A stretch of DNA of 64,000 nucleotides, taken from NCBI GenBank assembly GCA_964016885.1, contig OZ024757.1, forward strand, positions 42,904,001 through 42,968,000, in the 5' to 3' direction. The position numbers were made by a program, and so were the translations under genes. This stretch comes from Eledone cirrhosa. Taxonomy: Eukaryota. Positions 13,573 to 26,658 of the stretch are shown here, piece after piece. Position 1 is the first letter of the stretch, and every line of letters starts with the position of its first letter. A model generated the notes under the pieces. That model was not told where the DNA came from, made no database searches, and saw nothing but the letters and a program-made list of their open reading frames with translations.

Positions 13573-15388
13573 GTGCCCATGCGCCAAGACCGCCAGACCT
13601 TACTGCGCACGCGCCGAGACGGCGTGATCGTAGTGCGCATGCGCCAAAGCCGCCTAACCGTAGTGCGCATGCGCCAAGGCCGCCGATACATAGTGCACAT
13701 GCGCCAAGGCCGTCGGACTATACTGCGCATGTGCCAAGGGCGCCGGACCGTTGTGCGCATGCGCCAAGGCCGCTGGACCGTACTGCGCATGCGCAAAGGC
13801 CACCGGAACGTAGTGCGCATGCGCCAAGGCCGCCGGACCGTAGTGCGCATGCGCCAAGACTGACAGACCATAGTGCGCATGCGCCAAAGCCGCCGGACCT
13901 TACTGCGCATGCGCCAAGGCCACTGGAGCGTACTGCGCATGCGCCAAGGCCAGCGGAACGTAGTGCGCATGCGCCAAGGCCGCCGGACCGTAGTGCGCAT
14001 GCGCCAAGGCTGCCAGACCGTAGTGCGCATGCGCCAAAGCCGCCGGAACGTAGTGCGCATGCGGGAAGGTCGCCGGACCGTAGTGCGCATGCGCCAAGGC
14101 CGCCGAACCGCATGCGCACAAAGGTCCGGCGGCCTTGGCGCATGCGCAGTACGGTTCGGCGGCCTTGGCGCATGCGCACTACGGTCTGGCGGCCTTGGCA
14201 CATGCGCACTACGGTCCGACGGCCTTGGGGCATGCGCAGTAAGATCCGGCGGTCTTGGAGCATGCGCACTACGGTCTGGCGGCCTTGGCGCATGCGCACT
14301 ACGGTCTGGCAGCCTTGGCGCATGCGCACTACGGTCCGGCGCCCTTGGCGCATGCGCACTACTTTCCGGTGGCCTTGGCGCATGCGCAGTACGCTCCAGT
14401 GGCCTTGGCGCATGCGCAGTAAGGTCCGGCGGCTTTGGCGCATGCGCACTATGGTCTGTCAGTCTTGGCGCATGCGCACTACGGTCCGGCGGCCTTGGCG
14501 CATGCGCACTACGTTCCGGCGGCCTTGGCGCATGCGCACTACGTTCCGGTGGCCTTTGCGCATGCGCAGTACGGTCCAGCGGCCTTGGCGCATGCGCACA
14601 ACGGTACGGCGGCCTTGGCGCATGCGCACTACGGCCCGGTGGCCTTGACGCATGCGCAGTACTGTCCAGTGGCCTTGGGGCATGCGCACTACAGTCCAGT
14701 GGCCTTGGCGCATGCGCAGTAAGGTCCGGCGGCCATGGCGCATGCGCACTAAGGGCCAGCGGTCTTTGCGCATGCGCACAACGGTACGGCGGCCTTGGCG
14801 CATGCGCACTACGTTCTGGTGGCCTTGACGCATGCGCAGTACTGTCCAGTGGCCTTGGCGCATGCGCAGTAAGGTCCGGCGGCCTTAGCGCATGCGCAGT
14901 ACGTTCCGGCGGCCTTGGCGCATGCTCACTAAGATGTCCATCGTTCTTTGCGCATGCGCACAACGGTCCGGCGGCCTTGGTGCATGCGCACTACGGTCCG
15001 GCAGCCTTGGCGCATGCGCACTACGGTCCGGTGGCTTTGGTGCATGCGCACTACGGTCTAGCAGCATTGGGGCATGCGCACTACAGCCCGGCGGCCTTGG
15101 CGCATGCGCAGTACGGCCCGGCGACCTTGGCTCATGCGCACTACGGTCTGGCGGCCTTGGCGCACGCGCACTACGGTCCGGCGGTCTTGGCGCATGCGCA
15201 CTACGGTCCGGCGACCTTGCCGCATGCGCACTACGTTCCGGTGGCCTTGGCACATGCGCAGTACGGTTCGGTGGCTTTGGCGCATGCGCACTACGGTCTG
15301 GCAGACTTGGCGCATGCGCACTACGGTCCGATGGCCTTGGCGCATGCGCACTACGTCCTGGTGGACTTGGCGCATGCGCAGTACAGTC

Positions 15389-15443
15389 CATATTTAGCCA
15401 TTTTGAGTTATTTTAGTAATTTATGATGCAGTTTAACCATTTT
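15389..15443 (+). repeat. AT-rich island, 55-bp class, at an F-to-R switch
   Basis: CATATTTAGCCATTTTGAGTTATTTTAGTAATTTATGATGCAGTTTAACCATTTT; same left breakpoint as the 232-bp class. Confidence 0.92.
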
Positions 15444-18400
15444 CAAGGCCGCCGGACCGTACTGCGCATGCGCCAAGGCCACCTGACTGTACTGCGCATG
15501 CGTCAAGGTCGCAGTACCGAACTGCGCATGCGCTAAGGCCGCCGGACCGTACTGCGCATGCGCCAAGGCCGCCTGACTGTACTGCGCATGCGTCAAGGTC
15601 GCAGTACCGAACTACGCATGCGTTAAGGCCGCCGGACCGTACTGCGCATGTGCCAAGGCCGCCGGACCGTAGTGCGCATGCGCCAAAGCCGCCGAACCGT
15701 ACTGCGCATGCGCCAAGGCCGCCGGACCGTAGTGCGCATGCGCCAAGACCGACTGACTGTACTGCGCATGCGTCAAGGTCCCAGTACCGAACTGCGCATG
15801 CGCTAAGGCCGCCGGACCGTACTGCGCATGCGCCAAGGCCGCCGGACCGCAGTGCGCATGCGCCAGAGCCGCCGAACCGTAGTGCGCCTGCGTCAAGGTC
15901 GCCGGACCATACTGCGCATGCGCCAAGCCCTCCGGACCGTAGTGCGCATGCGCTAAGGCCGCCGAACCGTACTGCGCATGCGCCAAAGCAGCTGGACCGT
16001 AGTGCGCATGCGCCAAGGCCACGGGACGGTACTGCGCATGATCCAAGACCGCCGGATCGTACTGCGCATGCCCCAAGGCCGTCGGACAGTAGTGCGCATG
16101 TGCCAAGGCCGCCAGACCGTAGTGCGCATGCTCCAAGACCGCCGGATCTTACTGCGCATGCCCCAAGGCCGTCGGACCGTAGTGCGCATGTGCCAAGGCC
16201 GCCAGACCGTAGTGCGCATGCACCAAGGCCGCCGAACCGTACTGCGCATGCGCCAAGGCTGTCGGACCTTTGTGCGCATGCGGTTCGGCGGCCTTGGCGC
16301 ATGCGCACTACGGTCCGGCGACCTTCCCGCATGCGCACTACGTTCCGGTGGCCTTGGCACATGCGCAGTACGGTCCGGCGGCTTTGGCGCATGCGCACTA
16401 CGGTCTGGCAGCCTTGGCGCATGCGCACTACGGTCCGGCGGCCTTGGCGCATGCGCACTACGTTCCGGCGGCCTTGGCGCATGCGCAGTACGGTCCAGCG
16501 GCCTTGGCGCATGCGCACAAAGGTACGGCGGCCTTGGCGCATGCGCACTACGTTCCGGTGGCCTTGACGCATGCGCAGTACTGTCCAGTGGCCGTGGGGC
16601 ATGCGCACTACAGTCCAGTGGCCTTGGCGCATGCGCAGTAAGGTCCGGCGGCCTTAGCGCATGCGCAGTAAGGTCCGGCGGCCATGGCGCATGCGCACTA
16701 AGGGCCAGCGGTCTTTGCGCATGCGCACAACGGTACGGCGGCCTTGGCGCATGCGCACTACGTTCCGGTGGCCTTGACGCATGCGCAGTACTGTCCAGTG
16801 GCCTTGGCGCATGCGCAGTAAGGTCCGGCGGCCTTAGCGCATGCGCAGTACGTTCCGGCGGCCTTGGCGCATGCGCACTAAGGGCCATCGTTCTTTGCGC
16901 ATGCGCACAACGGTCCGGCGGCCTTGGTGCATGCGCACTACGGTCCGGCAGCCTTGGCGCATGCGCACTACGGTCCGGTGGATTTGGTGCATGCGCACTA
17001 CGGTCTAGCAGCATTGGGGCATGCGCACTACAGCCCAGCTGCCTTGGCGCATGCGCAGTACGGCCCGGCGACCTTGGCGCATGCGCACTACGGTCTGGCG
17101 GCCTTGGCGCACGCGCACTACGGTCCGGCGGTCTTGGCGCATGCGCACTATGGTCTGTCAGTCTTGGCGCATGCGCACTACGGTCCGGCGGCCTTGGCGC
17201 ATGCGCACTACGTTCCGGCGGCCTTGTCGCATGCGCACTACGTTCCGGTGGCCTTTGCGCATGCGCAGTACGGTCCAGCGGCCTTGGCGCATGCGCACAA
17301 CGGTACGGCGGCCTTGGCGCATGCGCACTACGGCCCGGTGGCCTTGACGCATGCGCAGTACTGTCCAGTGGCCTTGGCCATGGCCGCCGGACCGTAGTGC
17401 GCGTGCGCCAAGGCCGCCAGACCGTAGTGCGCATGCGCCAAGGTCGCCGGGCCGTACTGCGCATGCGCCAAGGCCGCCGGGCTGTAGTGCGCATGTGCCA
17501 AGGCCGCCTGACTGTACTGCGCATGCGTCAAGGTCGCAGTACCGAACTGCGCATGCGCTAAGGCCGCCGGACCGTACTGCGCATGCGCCAAGGCCGCCGG
17601 ACCGCAGTGCGCATGCGCCAGAGCCGCCGAACCGTAGTGCGCCTGCGTCAAGGTCGCCGGACCATACTGCGCATGTGCCAAGCCCGCCGGACCGTAGTGC
17701 GCATGCGCTAAGGCCGCCGAACCGTACTGCGCATGCGCCAAAGCAGCTGCACCGTAGTGCGCATGCGCCAAGGCCACCGGACGGTACTGCGCATGCACCA
17801 AGACCGCCGGATCGTACTGCGCATGCCCCAAGGCCGTCGGACCGTAGTGCGCATGTGCCAAAGCCGCCAGACCGTAGTGCGCATGCTCCAAGGCCGCCGG
17901 ATCTTACTGCGCATGCCCCAAGGCCGTCGGATGGTAGTGCGCATGTGCCAAGGCCGCCAGACCGTAGTGCGCATGCGCCAAGGCCGCCGAACCGTACTGC
18001 GCATGCGCCAAGGCCGCCGGATCTTTGTGCGCATGCGGTTCGGTGGCCTTGGCGCATGCGCACTACTGTCCGGCGACCTTCCCGCATGCGCACTACGTTC
18101 CGGCGGCCTTGGCGCATGCGCACTACGTTCCGGTGGCCTTGGCGCATGCGCAGTACTGTCCAGTGGCCTTGGCGCATGCGCAGTAAGGTCCGGCAGCCTT
18201 AGCGCATGCGCACTACGGTCCAGTGGCCTTATCGCATGCGCAGTAAGGTCCGGCGGCCATGGCGCATGCGCACTAAGGGCCAGCGGTCTTTGCGCATGCG
18301 CACAACGGTCCGGCGGCCTTGGCGCCTGCGCACTACGGTCCGGCGGCTTTGGTGCATGCGCACTACGTTCCGGTGGCCTTGGCGCATGCGCAGTACTGTC

Positions 18401-19960
18401 CAGTGGCCTTGGCGCATGCGCAGTAAGGTCCGGCAGCCTTAGCGCATGCGCAGTACGTTCCGGCGGCCTTGGCGCATGCGCACTAAGGGCCATCGTTCTT
18501 TGCGCATGCGCACAACGGTCCGGCGGCCTTGGTGCATGCGCACTACGGTCCGGCGGCCTTGGCGCATGCGCACTACGGTCCGGCGGCTTTGGTGCATGCG
18601 CACTACGGTCTAGCAGCATTGGGGCATGCGCACTACAGCCCGGCGGCCTTGGCGCATGCGCAGTACGGCCCGGCGACCTTGGCGCATGCGCACTACGGTC
18701 TGGCGGCCTTGGCGCACGCGCACTACGGTCCGGCGGTCTTGGCGCATGCGCACTACGGTCCGGCGACCTTGCCGCATGCGCACTACGTTCCGGTGGCCTT
18801 GGCACATGCGCAGTACGGTCCGGTGGCTTTGGCGCATGCGCACTACGGTCTGGCAGACTTGGCGCATGCGCACTACGGTCCGATGGCCTTGGCGCATGCG
18901 CACTACGGTCCGGCGGCCTTGGCGCATGCGCACTACGTTCCGGTGGCCTTTGCGCATGCGCAGTACGGTCCAGTGGCCTTGGCGCATGCGCAGTAAGGTC
19001 CGGCGGCTTTGGCGCATGCGCACTATGGTCTGTCAGTCTTGGCGCATGCGCACTACGGTCCGGCGGCCTTGGCGCAGGCGCACTACGTTCCGGCGGCCTT
19101 GGCGCATGCGCACTACGTTCCGGTGGCCTTTGCGCATGCGCAGTACGGTCCAGCGGCCTTGGCGCATGCGCACAACGGTACGGCGGCCTTGGCGCATGCG
19201 CACTACGTTCCGGTGGCCTTGACGCATGCGCAGTACTGTCCAGTGGCCTTGGGGCATGCGCACTACAGTCCAGTGGCCTTGGCGCATGCGCAGTAAGGTC
19301 CGGCGGCCATGGCGCATGCGCACTAAGGGCCAGCGGTCTTTGCGCATGCGCACAACGGTCCGGCGGCCTTGGCGCATGCGCACTACGTTCTGGTGGCCTT
19401 GACGCATGCGCAGTACTGTCCAGTGGCCTTGGCGCATGCGCAGTAAGGTCCGGCGGCCTTAGCGCATGCGCAGTACGTTCCGGCGGCCTTGGCGCATGCG
19501 CACTAAGGGCCATCGTTCTTTGCGCATGCGCACAACGGTCCGGCGGCCTTGGTGCATGCGCACTACGGTCCGGCAGCCTTGGCGCATGCGCACTACGGTC
19601 CGGTGGATTTGGTGCATGCGCACTACGGTCTAGCAGCATTGGGGCATGCGCACTACAGCCCAGCTGCCTTGGCGCATGCGCAGTACGGCCCGGCGACCTT
19701 GGCGCATGCGCACTACGGTCTGGCGGCCTTGGCGCACGCGCACTACGGTCCGGCGGTCTTGGCGCATGCGCACTACGGTCCGGCGACCTTGCCGCATGCG
19801 CACTACGTTCCGGTGGCCTTGGCACATGCGCAGTACGGTCCGGTGGCTTTGGCGCATGCGCACTACGGTCTGGCAGACTTGGCGCATGCGCACTACGGTC
19901 CGATGGCCTTGGCGCATGCGCACTACGTCCTGGTGGCCTTGGCGCATGCGCAGTACAGTC

Positions 19961-20192
19961 CATATTTAGCCATTTTGAGTTATTTTAGTAATTTATGATG
20001 CAGTTTAACCATTTTAGAGCCATTTATAGTCATTTTAGACGTTTCAGTCGTGTTAGAGTCATTCTAGTCAATTATGATACGGTTTTAGCATTTTATTGTC
20101 ACTTTAGTCATTTATTATGCCGTCTTAGCCATTTTGTTGTAATTTCAGACATACATGATGACATTTCGGCCATGTTAGTCCTTTTTGATGAC
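19961..20192 (+). repeat. AT-rich island, 232-bp class
   Basis: Copy of 13341-13572 at offset 6620. Confidence 0.92.
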
Positions 20193-22008
20193 GTGCCCAT
20201 GCGCCAAGACCGCCAGACCTTACTGCGCACGCGCCGAGACGGCGTGATCGTAGTGCGCATGCGCCAAAGCCGCCTAACCGTAGTGCGCATGCGCCAAGGC
20301 CGCCGATACATAGTGCACATGCGCCAAGGCCGTCGGACTATACTGCTCATGTGCCAAGGGCGCCGGACCGTTGTGCGCATGCGCCAAGGCCGCTGGACCG
20401 TACTGCGCATGCGCAAAGGCCACCGGAACGTAGTGCGCATGCGCCAAGGCCGCCGGACCGTAGTGCGCATGCGCCAAGACTGACAGACCATAGTGCGCAT
20501 GCGCCAAAGCCGCCGGACCTTACTGCGCATGCGCCAAGGCCACTGGAGCGTACTGCGCATGCGCCAAGGCCACCGGAACGTAGTGCGCATGCGCCAAGGC
20601 CGCCGGACCGTAGTGCGCATGCGCCAAGGCTGCCAGACCGTAGTGCGCATGCGCCAAAGCCGCCGGAACGTAGTGCGCATGCGGGAAGGTCGCCGGACCG
20701 TAGTGCGCATGCGCCAAGGCCGCCGAACCGCATGCGCACAAAGGTCCGGCGGCCTTGGCGCATGCGCAGTACGGTTCGGCGGCCTTGGCGCATGCGCACT
20801 ACGGTCTGGCGGCCTTGGCACATGCGCACTACGGTCCGACGGCCTTGGGGCATGCGCAGTAAGATCCGGCGGTCTTGGAGCATGCGCACTACGGTCTGGC
20901 GGCCTTGGCGCATGCGCACTACGGTCTGGCAGCCTTGGCGCATGCGCACTACGGTCCGGCGCCCTTGGCGCATGCGCACTACTTTCCGGTGGCCTTGGCG
21001 CATGCGCAGTACGCTCCAGTGGCCTTGGCGCATGCGCAGTAAGGTCCGGCGGCTTTGGCGCATGCGCACTATGGTCTGTCAGTCTTGGCGCATGCGCACT
21101 ACGGTCCGGCGGCCTTGGCGCATGCGCACTACGTTCCGGCGGCCTTGGCGCATGCGCACTACGTTCCGGTGGCCTTTGCGCATGCGCAGTACGGTCCAGC
21201 GGCCTTGGCGCATGCGCACAACGGTACGGCGGCCTTGGCGCATGCGCACTACGGCCCGGTGGCCTTGACGCATGCGCAGTACTGTCCAGTGGCCTTGGGG
21301 CATGCGCACTACAGTCCAGTGGCCTTGGCGCATGCGCAGTAAGGTCCGGCGGCCATGGCGCATGCGCACTAAGGGCCAGCGGTCTTTGCGCATGCGCACA
21401 ACGGTACGGCGGCCTTGGCGCATGCGCACTACGTTCTGGTGGCCTTGACGCATGCGCAGTACTGTCCAGTGGCCTTGGCGCATGCGCAGTAAGGTCCGGC
21501 GGCCTTAGCGCATGCGCAGTACGTTCCGGCGGCCTTGGCGCATGCTCACTAAGATGGCCATCGTTCTTTGCGCATGCGCACAACGGTCCGGCGGCCTTGG
21601 TGCATGCGCACTACGGTCCGGCAGCCTTGGCGCATGCGCACTACGGTCCGGTGGCTTTGGTGCATGCGCACTACGGTCTAGCAGCATTGGGGCATGCGCA
21701 CTACAGCCCGGCGGCCTTGGCGCATGCGCAGTACGGCCCGGCGACCTTGGCTCATGCGCACTACGGTCTGGCGGCCTTGGCGCACGCGCACTACGGTCCG
21801 GCGGTCTTGGCGCATGCGCACTACGGTCCGGCGACCTTGCCGCATGCGCACTACGTTCCGGTGGCCTTGGCACATGCGCAGTACGGTTCGGTGGCTTTGG
21901 CGCATGCGCACTACGGTCTGGCAGACTTGGCGCATGCGCACTACGGTCCGATGGCCTTGGCGCATGCGCACTACGTCCTGGTGGACTTGGCGCATGCGCA
22001 GTACAGTC

Positions 22009-22063
22009 CATATTTAGCCATTTTGAGTTATTTTAGTAATTTATGATGCAGTTTAACCATTTT
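22009..22063 (+). repeat. AT-rich island, 55-bp class
   Basis: Copy of 15389-15443. Confidence 0.92.
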
Positions 22064-22976
22064 CAAGGCCGCCGGACCGTACTGCGCATGCGCCAAGGCC
22101 ACCTGACTGTACTGCGCATGCGTCAAGGTCGCAGTACCGAACTGCGCATGCGCTAAGGCCGCCGGACCGTACTGCGCATGCGCCAAGGCCGCCTGACTGT
22201 ACTGCGCATGCGTCAAGGTCGCAGTACCGAACTACGCATGCGTTAAGGCCGCCGGACCGTACTGCGCATGTGCCAAGGCCGCCGGACCGTAGTGCGCATG
22301 CGCCAAAGCCGCCGAACCGTACTGCGCATGCGCCAAGGCCGCCGGACCGTAGTGCGCATGCGCCAAGACCGACTGACTGTACTGCGCATGCGTCAAGGTC
22401 CCAGTACCGAACTGCGCATGCGCTAAGGCCGCCGGACCGTACTGCGCATGCGCCAAGGCCGCCGGACCGCAGTGCGCATGCGCCAGAGCCGCCGAACCGT
22501 AGTGCGCCTGCGTCAAGGTCGCCGGACCATACTGCGCATGCGCCAAGCCCTCCGGACCGTAGTGCGCATGCGCTAAGGCCGCCGAACCGTACTGCGCATG
22601 CGCCAAAGCAGCTGGACCGTAGTGCGCATGCGCCAAGGCCACGGGACGGTACTGCGCATGATCCAAGACCGCCGGATCGTACTGCGCATGCCCCAAGGCC
22701 GTCGGACAGTAGTGCGCATGTGCCAAGGCCGCCAGACCGTAGTGCGCATGCTCCAAGACCGCCGGATCTTACTGCGCATGCCCCAAGGCCGTCGGACCGT
22801 AGTGCGCATGTGCCAAGGCCGCCAGACCGTAGTGCGCATGCGCCAAGGCCGCCGAACCGTACTGCGCATGCGCCAAGGCTGTCGGACCTTTGTGCGCATG
22901 CGGTTCGGCGGCCTTGGCGCATGCGCACTACGGTCAGGCGACCTTCCCGCATGCGCACTACGTTCCGGTGGCCTTG

Positions 22977-24176
22977 GCACATGCGCAGTACGGTCCGGCG
23001 GCTTTGGCGCATGCGCACTACGGTCTGGCAGCCTTGGCGCATGCGCACTACGGTCCGGCGGCCTTGGCGCATGCGCACTACGTTCCGGCGGCCTTGGCGC
23101 ATGCGCAGTACGGTCAAGCGGCCTTGGCGCATGCGCACAAAGGTACGGCGGCCTTGGCGCATGCGCACTACGTTCCGGTGGCCTTGACGCATGCGCAGTA
23201 CTGTCCAGTGGCCGTGGGGCATGCGCACTACAGTCCAGTGGCCTTGGCGCATGCGCAGTAAGGTCCGGCGGCCTTAGCGCATGCGCAGTAAGGTCCGGCG
23301 GCCATGGCGCATGCGCACTAAGGGCCAGCGGTCTTTGCGCATGCGCACAACGGTACGGCGGCCTTGGCGCATGCGCACTACGTTCCGGTGGCCTTGACGC
23401 ATGCGCAGTACTGTCCAGTGGCCTTGGCGCATGCGCAGTAAGGTCCGGCGGCCTTAGCGCATGCGCAGTACGTTCCGGCGGCCTTGGCGCATGCGCACTA
23501 AGGGCCATCGTTCTTTGCGCATGCGCACAACGGTCCGGCGGCCTTGGTGCATGCGCACTACGGTCCGGCAGCCTTGGCACATGCGCAGTACGGTCCGGCG
23601 GCTTTGGCGCATGCGCACTACGGTCTGGCAGCCTTGGCGCATGCGCACTACGGTCCGGCGGCCTTGGCGCATGCGCACTACGTTCCGGCGGCCTTGGCGC
23701 ATGCGCAGTACGGTCCAGCGGCCTTGGCGCATGCGCACAAAGGTACGGCGGCCTTGGCGCATGCGCACTACGTTCCGGTGGCCTTGACGCATGCGCAGTA
23801 CTGTCCAGTGGCCGTGGGGCATGCGCACTACAGTCCAGTGGCCTTGGCGCATGCGCAGTAAGGTCCGGCGGCCTTAGCGCATGCGCAGTAAGGTCCGGCG
23901 GCCATGGCGCATGCGCACTAAGGGCCAGCGGTCTTTGCGCATGCGCACAACGGTACGGCGGCCTTGGCGCATGCGCACTACGTTCCGGTGGCCTTGACGC
24001 ATGCGCAGTACTGTCCAGTGGCCTTGGCGCATGCGCAGTAAGGTCCGGCGGCCTTAGCGCATGCGCAGTACGTTCCGGCGGCCTTGGCGCATGTGCACTA
24101 AGGGCCATCGTTCTTTGCGCATGCGCACAACGGTCCGGCGGCCTTGGTGCATGCGCACTACGGTCCGGCAGCCTTG
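22977..24176 (+). repeat. 600-bp (20-monomer) tandem duplication
   Basis: Sequence lines starting at 22981 and 23581 are near-identical for 600 bp, including rare variants CACAAAGGTAC and GCCGTGGGGC. Confidence 0.85.
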
Positions 24177-24555
24177 GCGCATGCGCACTACGGTCCGGTG
24201 GATTTGGTGCATGCGCACTACGGTCTAGCAGCATTGGGGCATGCGCACTACAGCCCAGCTGCCTTGGCGCATGCGCAGTACGGCCCGGCGACCTTGGCGC
24301 ATGCGCACTACGGTCTGGCGGCCTTGGCGCACGCGCACTACGGTCCGGCGGTCTTGGCGCATGCGCACTACGGTCCGGCGACCTTGCCGCATGCGCACTA
24401 CGTTCCGGTGGCCTTGGCACATGCGCAGTACGGTCCGGTGGCTTTGGCGCATGCGCACTACGGTCTGGCAGACTTGGCGCATGCGCACTACGGTCCAATG
24501 GCCTTGGCGCATGCGCACTACGTCCTGGTGGCCTTGGCGCATGCGCAGTACAGTC

Positions 24556-24787
24556 CATATTTAGCCATTTTGAGTTATTTTAGTAATTTATGATGCAGTT
24601 TAACCATTTTAGAGCCATTTATAGTCATTTTAGACGTTTCAGTCGTGTTAGAGTCATTCTAGTCAATTATGATACGGTTTTAGCATTTTATTGTCACTTT
24701 AGTCATTTATTATGCCGTCTTAGCCATTTTGTTGTAATTTCAGACATACATGATGACATTTCGGCCATGTTAGTCCTTTTTGATGAC
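24556..24787 (+). repeat. AT-rich island, 232-bp class
   Basis: Copy of 19961-20192 at offset 4595. Confidence 0.92.
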
Positions 24788-26603
24788 GTGCCCATGCGCC
24801 AAGACCGCCAGACCTTACTGCGCACGCGCCGAGACGGCGTGATCGTAGTGCGCATGCGCCAAAGCCGCCTAACCGTAGTGCGCATGCGCCAAGGCCGCCG
24901 ATACATAGTGCACATGCGCCAAGGCCGTCGGACTATACTGCGCATGCGCCAAGGGCGCCGGACCGTTGTGCGCATGCGCCAAGGCCGCTGGACCGTACTG
25001 CGCATGCGCAAAGGCCACCGGAACGTAGTGCGCATGCGCCAAGGCCGCCGGACCGTAGTGCGCATGCGCCAAGACTGACAGACCATAGTGCGCATGCGCC
25101 AAAGCCGCCGGACCTTACTGCGCATGCGCCAAGGCCACTGGAGCGTACTGCGCATGCGCCAAGGCCACCGGAACGTAGTGCGCATGCGCCAAGGCCGCCG
25201 GACCGTAGTGCGCATGCGCCAAGGCTGCCAGACCGTAGTGCGCATGCGCCAAAGCCGCCGGAACGTAGTGCGCATGCGGGAAGGTCGCCGGACCGTAGTG
25301 CGCATGCGCCAAGGCCGCCGAACCGCATGCGCACAAAGGTCCGGCGGCCTTGGCGCATGCGCAGTACGGTTCGGCGGCCTTGGCGCATGCGCACTACGGT
25401 CTGGCGGCCTTGGCACATGCGCACTACGGTCCGACGGCCTTGGGGCATGCGCAGTAAGATCCGGCGGTCTTGGAGCATGCGCACTACGGTCTGGCGGCCT
25501 TGGCGCATGCGCACTACGGTCTGGCAGCCTTGGCGCATGCGCACTACGGTCCGGCGCCCTTGGCGCATGCGCACTACTTTCCGGTGGCCTTGGCGCATGC
25601 GCAGTACGCTCCAGTGGCCTTGGCGCATGCGCAGTAAGGTCCGGCGGCTTTGGCGCATGCGCACTATGGTCTGTCAGTCTTGGCGCATGCGCACTACGGT
25701 CCGGCGGCCTTGGCGCATGCGCACTACGTTCCGGCGGCCTTGTCGCATGCGCACTACGTTCCGGTGGCCTTTGCGCATGCGCAGTACGGTCCAGCGGCCT
25801 TGGCGCATGCGCACAACGGTACGGCGGCCTTGGCGCATGCGCACTACGGCCCGGTGGCCTTGACGCATGCGCAGTACTGTCCAGTGGCCTTGGGGCATGC
25901 GCACTACAGTCCAGTGGCCTTGGCGCATGCGCAGTAAGGTCCGGCGGCCATGGCGCATGCGCACTAAGGGCCAGCGGTCTTTGCGCATGCGCACAACGGT
26001 ACGGCGGCCTTGGCGCATGCGCACTACGTTCTGGTGGCCTTGACGCATGCGCAGTACTGTCCAGTGGCCTTGGCGCATGCGCAGTAAGGTCCGGCGGCCT
26101 TAGCGCATGCGCAGTACGTTCCGGCGGCCTTGGCGCATGCTCACTAAGATGGCCATCGTTCTTTGCGCATGCGCACAACGGTCCGGCGGCCTTGGTGCAT
26201 GCGCACTACGGTCCGGCAGCCTTGGCGCATGCGCACTACGGTCCGGTGGCTTTGGTGCATGCGCACTACGGTCTAGCAGCATTGGGGCATGCGCACTACA
26301 GCCCGGCGGCCTTGGCGCATGCGCAGTACGGCCCGGCGACCTTGGCGCATGCGCACTACGGTCTGGCGGCCTTGGCGCACGCGCACTACGGTCCGGCGGT
26401 CTTGGCGCATGCGCACTACGGTCCGGCGACCTTGCCGCATGCGCACTACGTTCCGGTGGCCTTGGCACATGCGCAGTACGGTTCGGTGGCTTTGGCGCAT
26501 GCGCACTACGGTCTGGCAGACTTGGCGCATGCGCACTACGGTCCGATGGCCTTGGCGCATGCGCACTACGTCCTGGTGGACTTGGCGCATGCGCAGTACA
26601 GTC

Positions 26604-26658
26604 CATATTTAGCCATTTTGAGTTATTTTAGTAATTTATGATGCAGTTTAACCATTTT
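26604..26658 (+). repeat. AT-rich island, 55-bp class
   Basis: Copy of 22009-22063 at offset 4595. Confidence 0.92.

Larger units (their letters stand above)
11081..23578 (+). repeat. Higher-order direct duplication ~11081-16958 / ~17491-23578 (offset 6410, then 6620 after a 210-bp, 7-monomer indel)
   Basis: Same order of variant monomers, junctions (11627/18037, 14110/20730, 16282/22902) and islands (13341/19961, 15389/22009). ORF-track translations repeat at these offsets. Confidence 0.85.

Noticed and set aside
13375-13863. ORF MMQFNHFRAIYS... with an apparently unique N-terminus (also at 19995, 24590, 34806, 37036, and 3923 on the minus strand)
   Set aside because: Chance read-through of the T-rich strand of the AT island into the satellite. 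It is truncated in the 55-bp islands and not preserved in the long islands.
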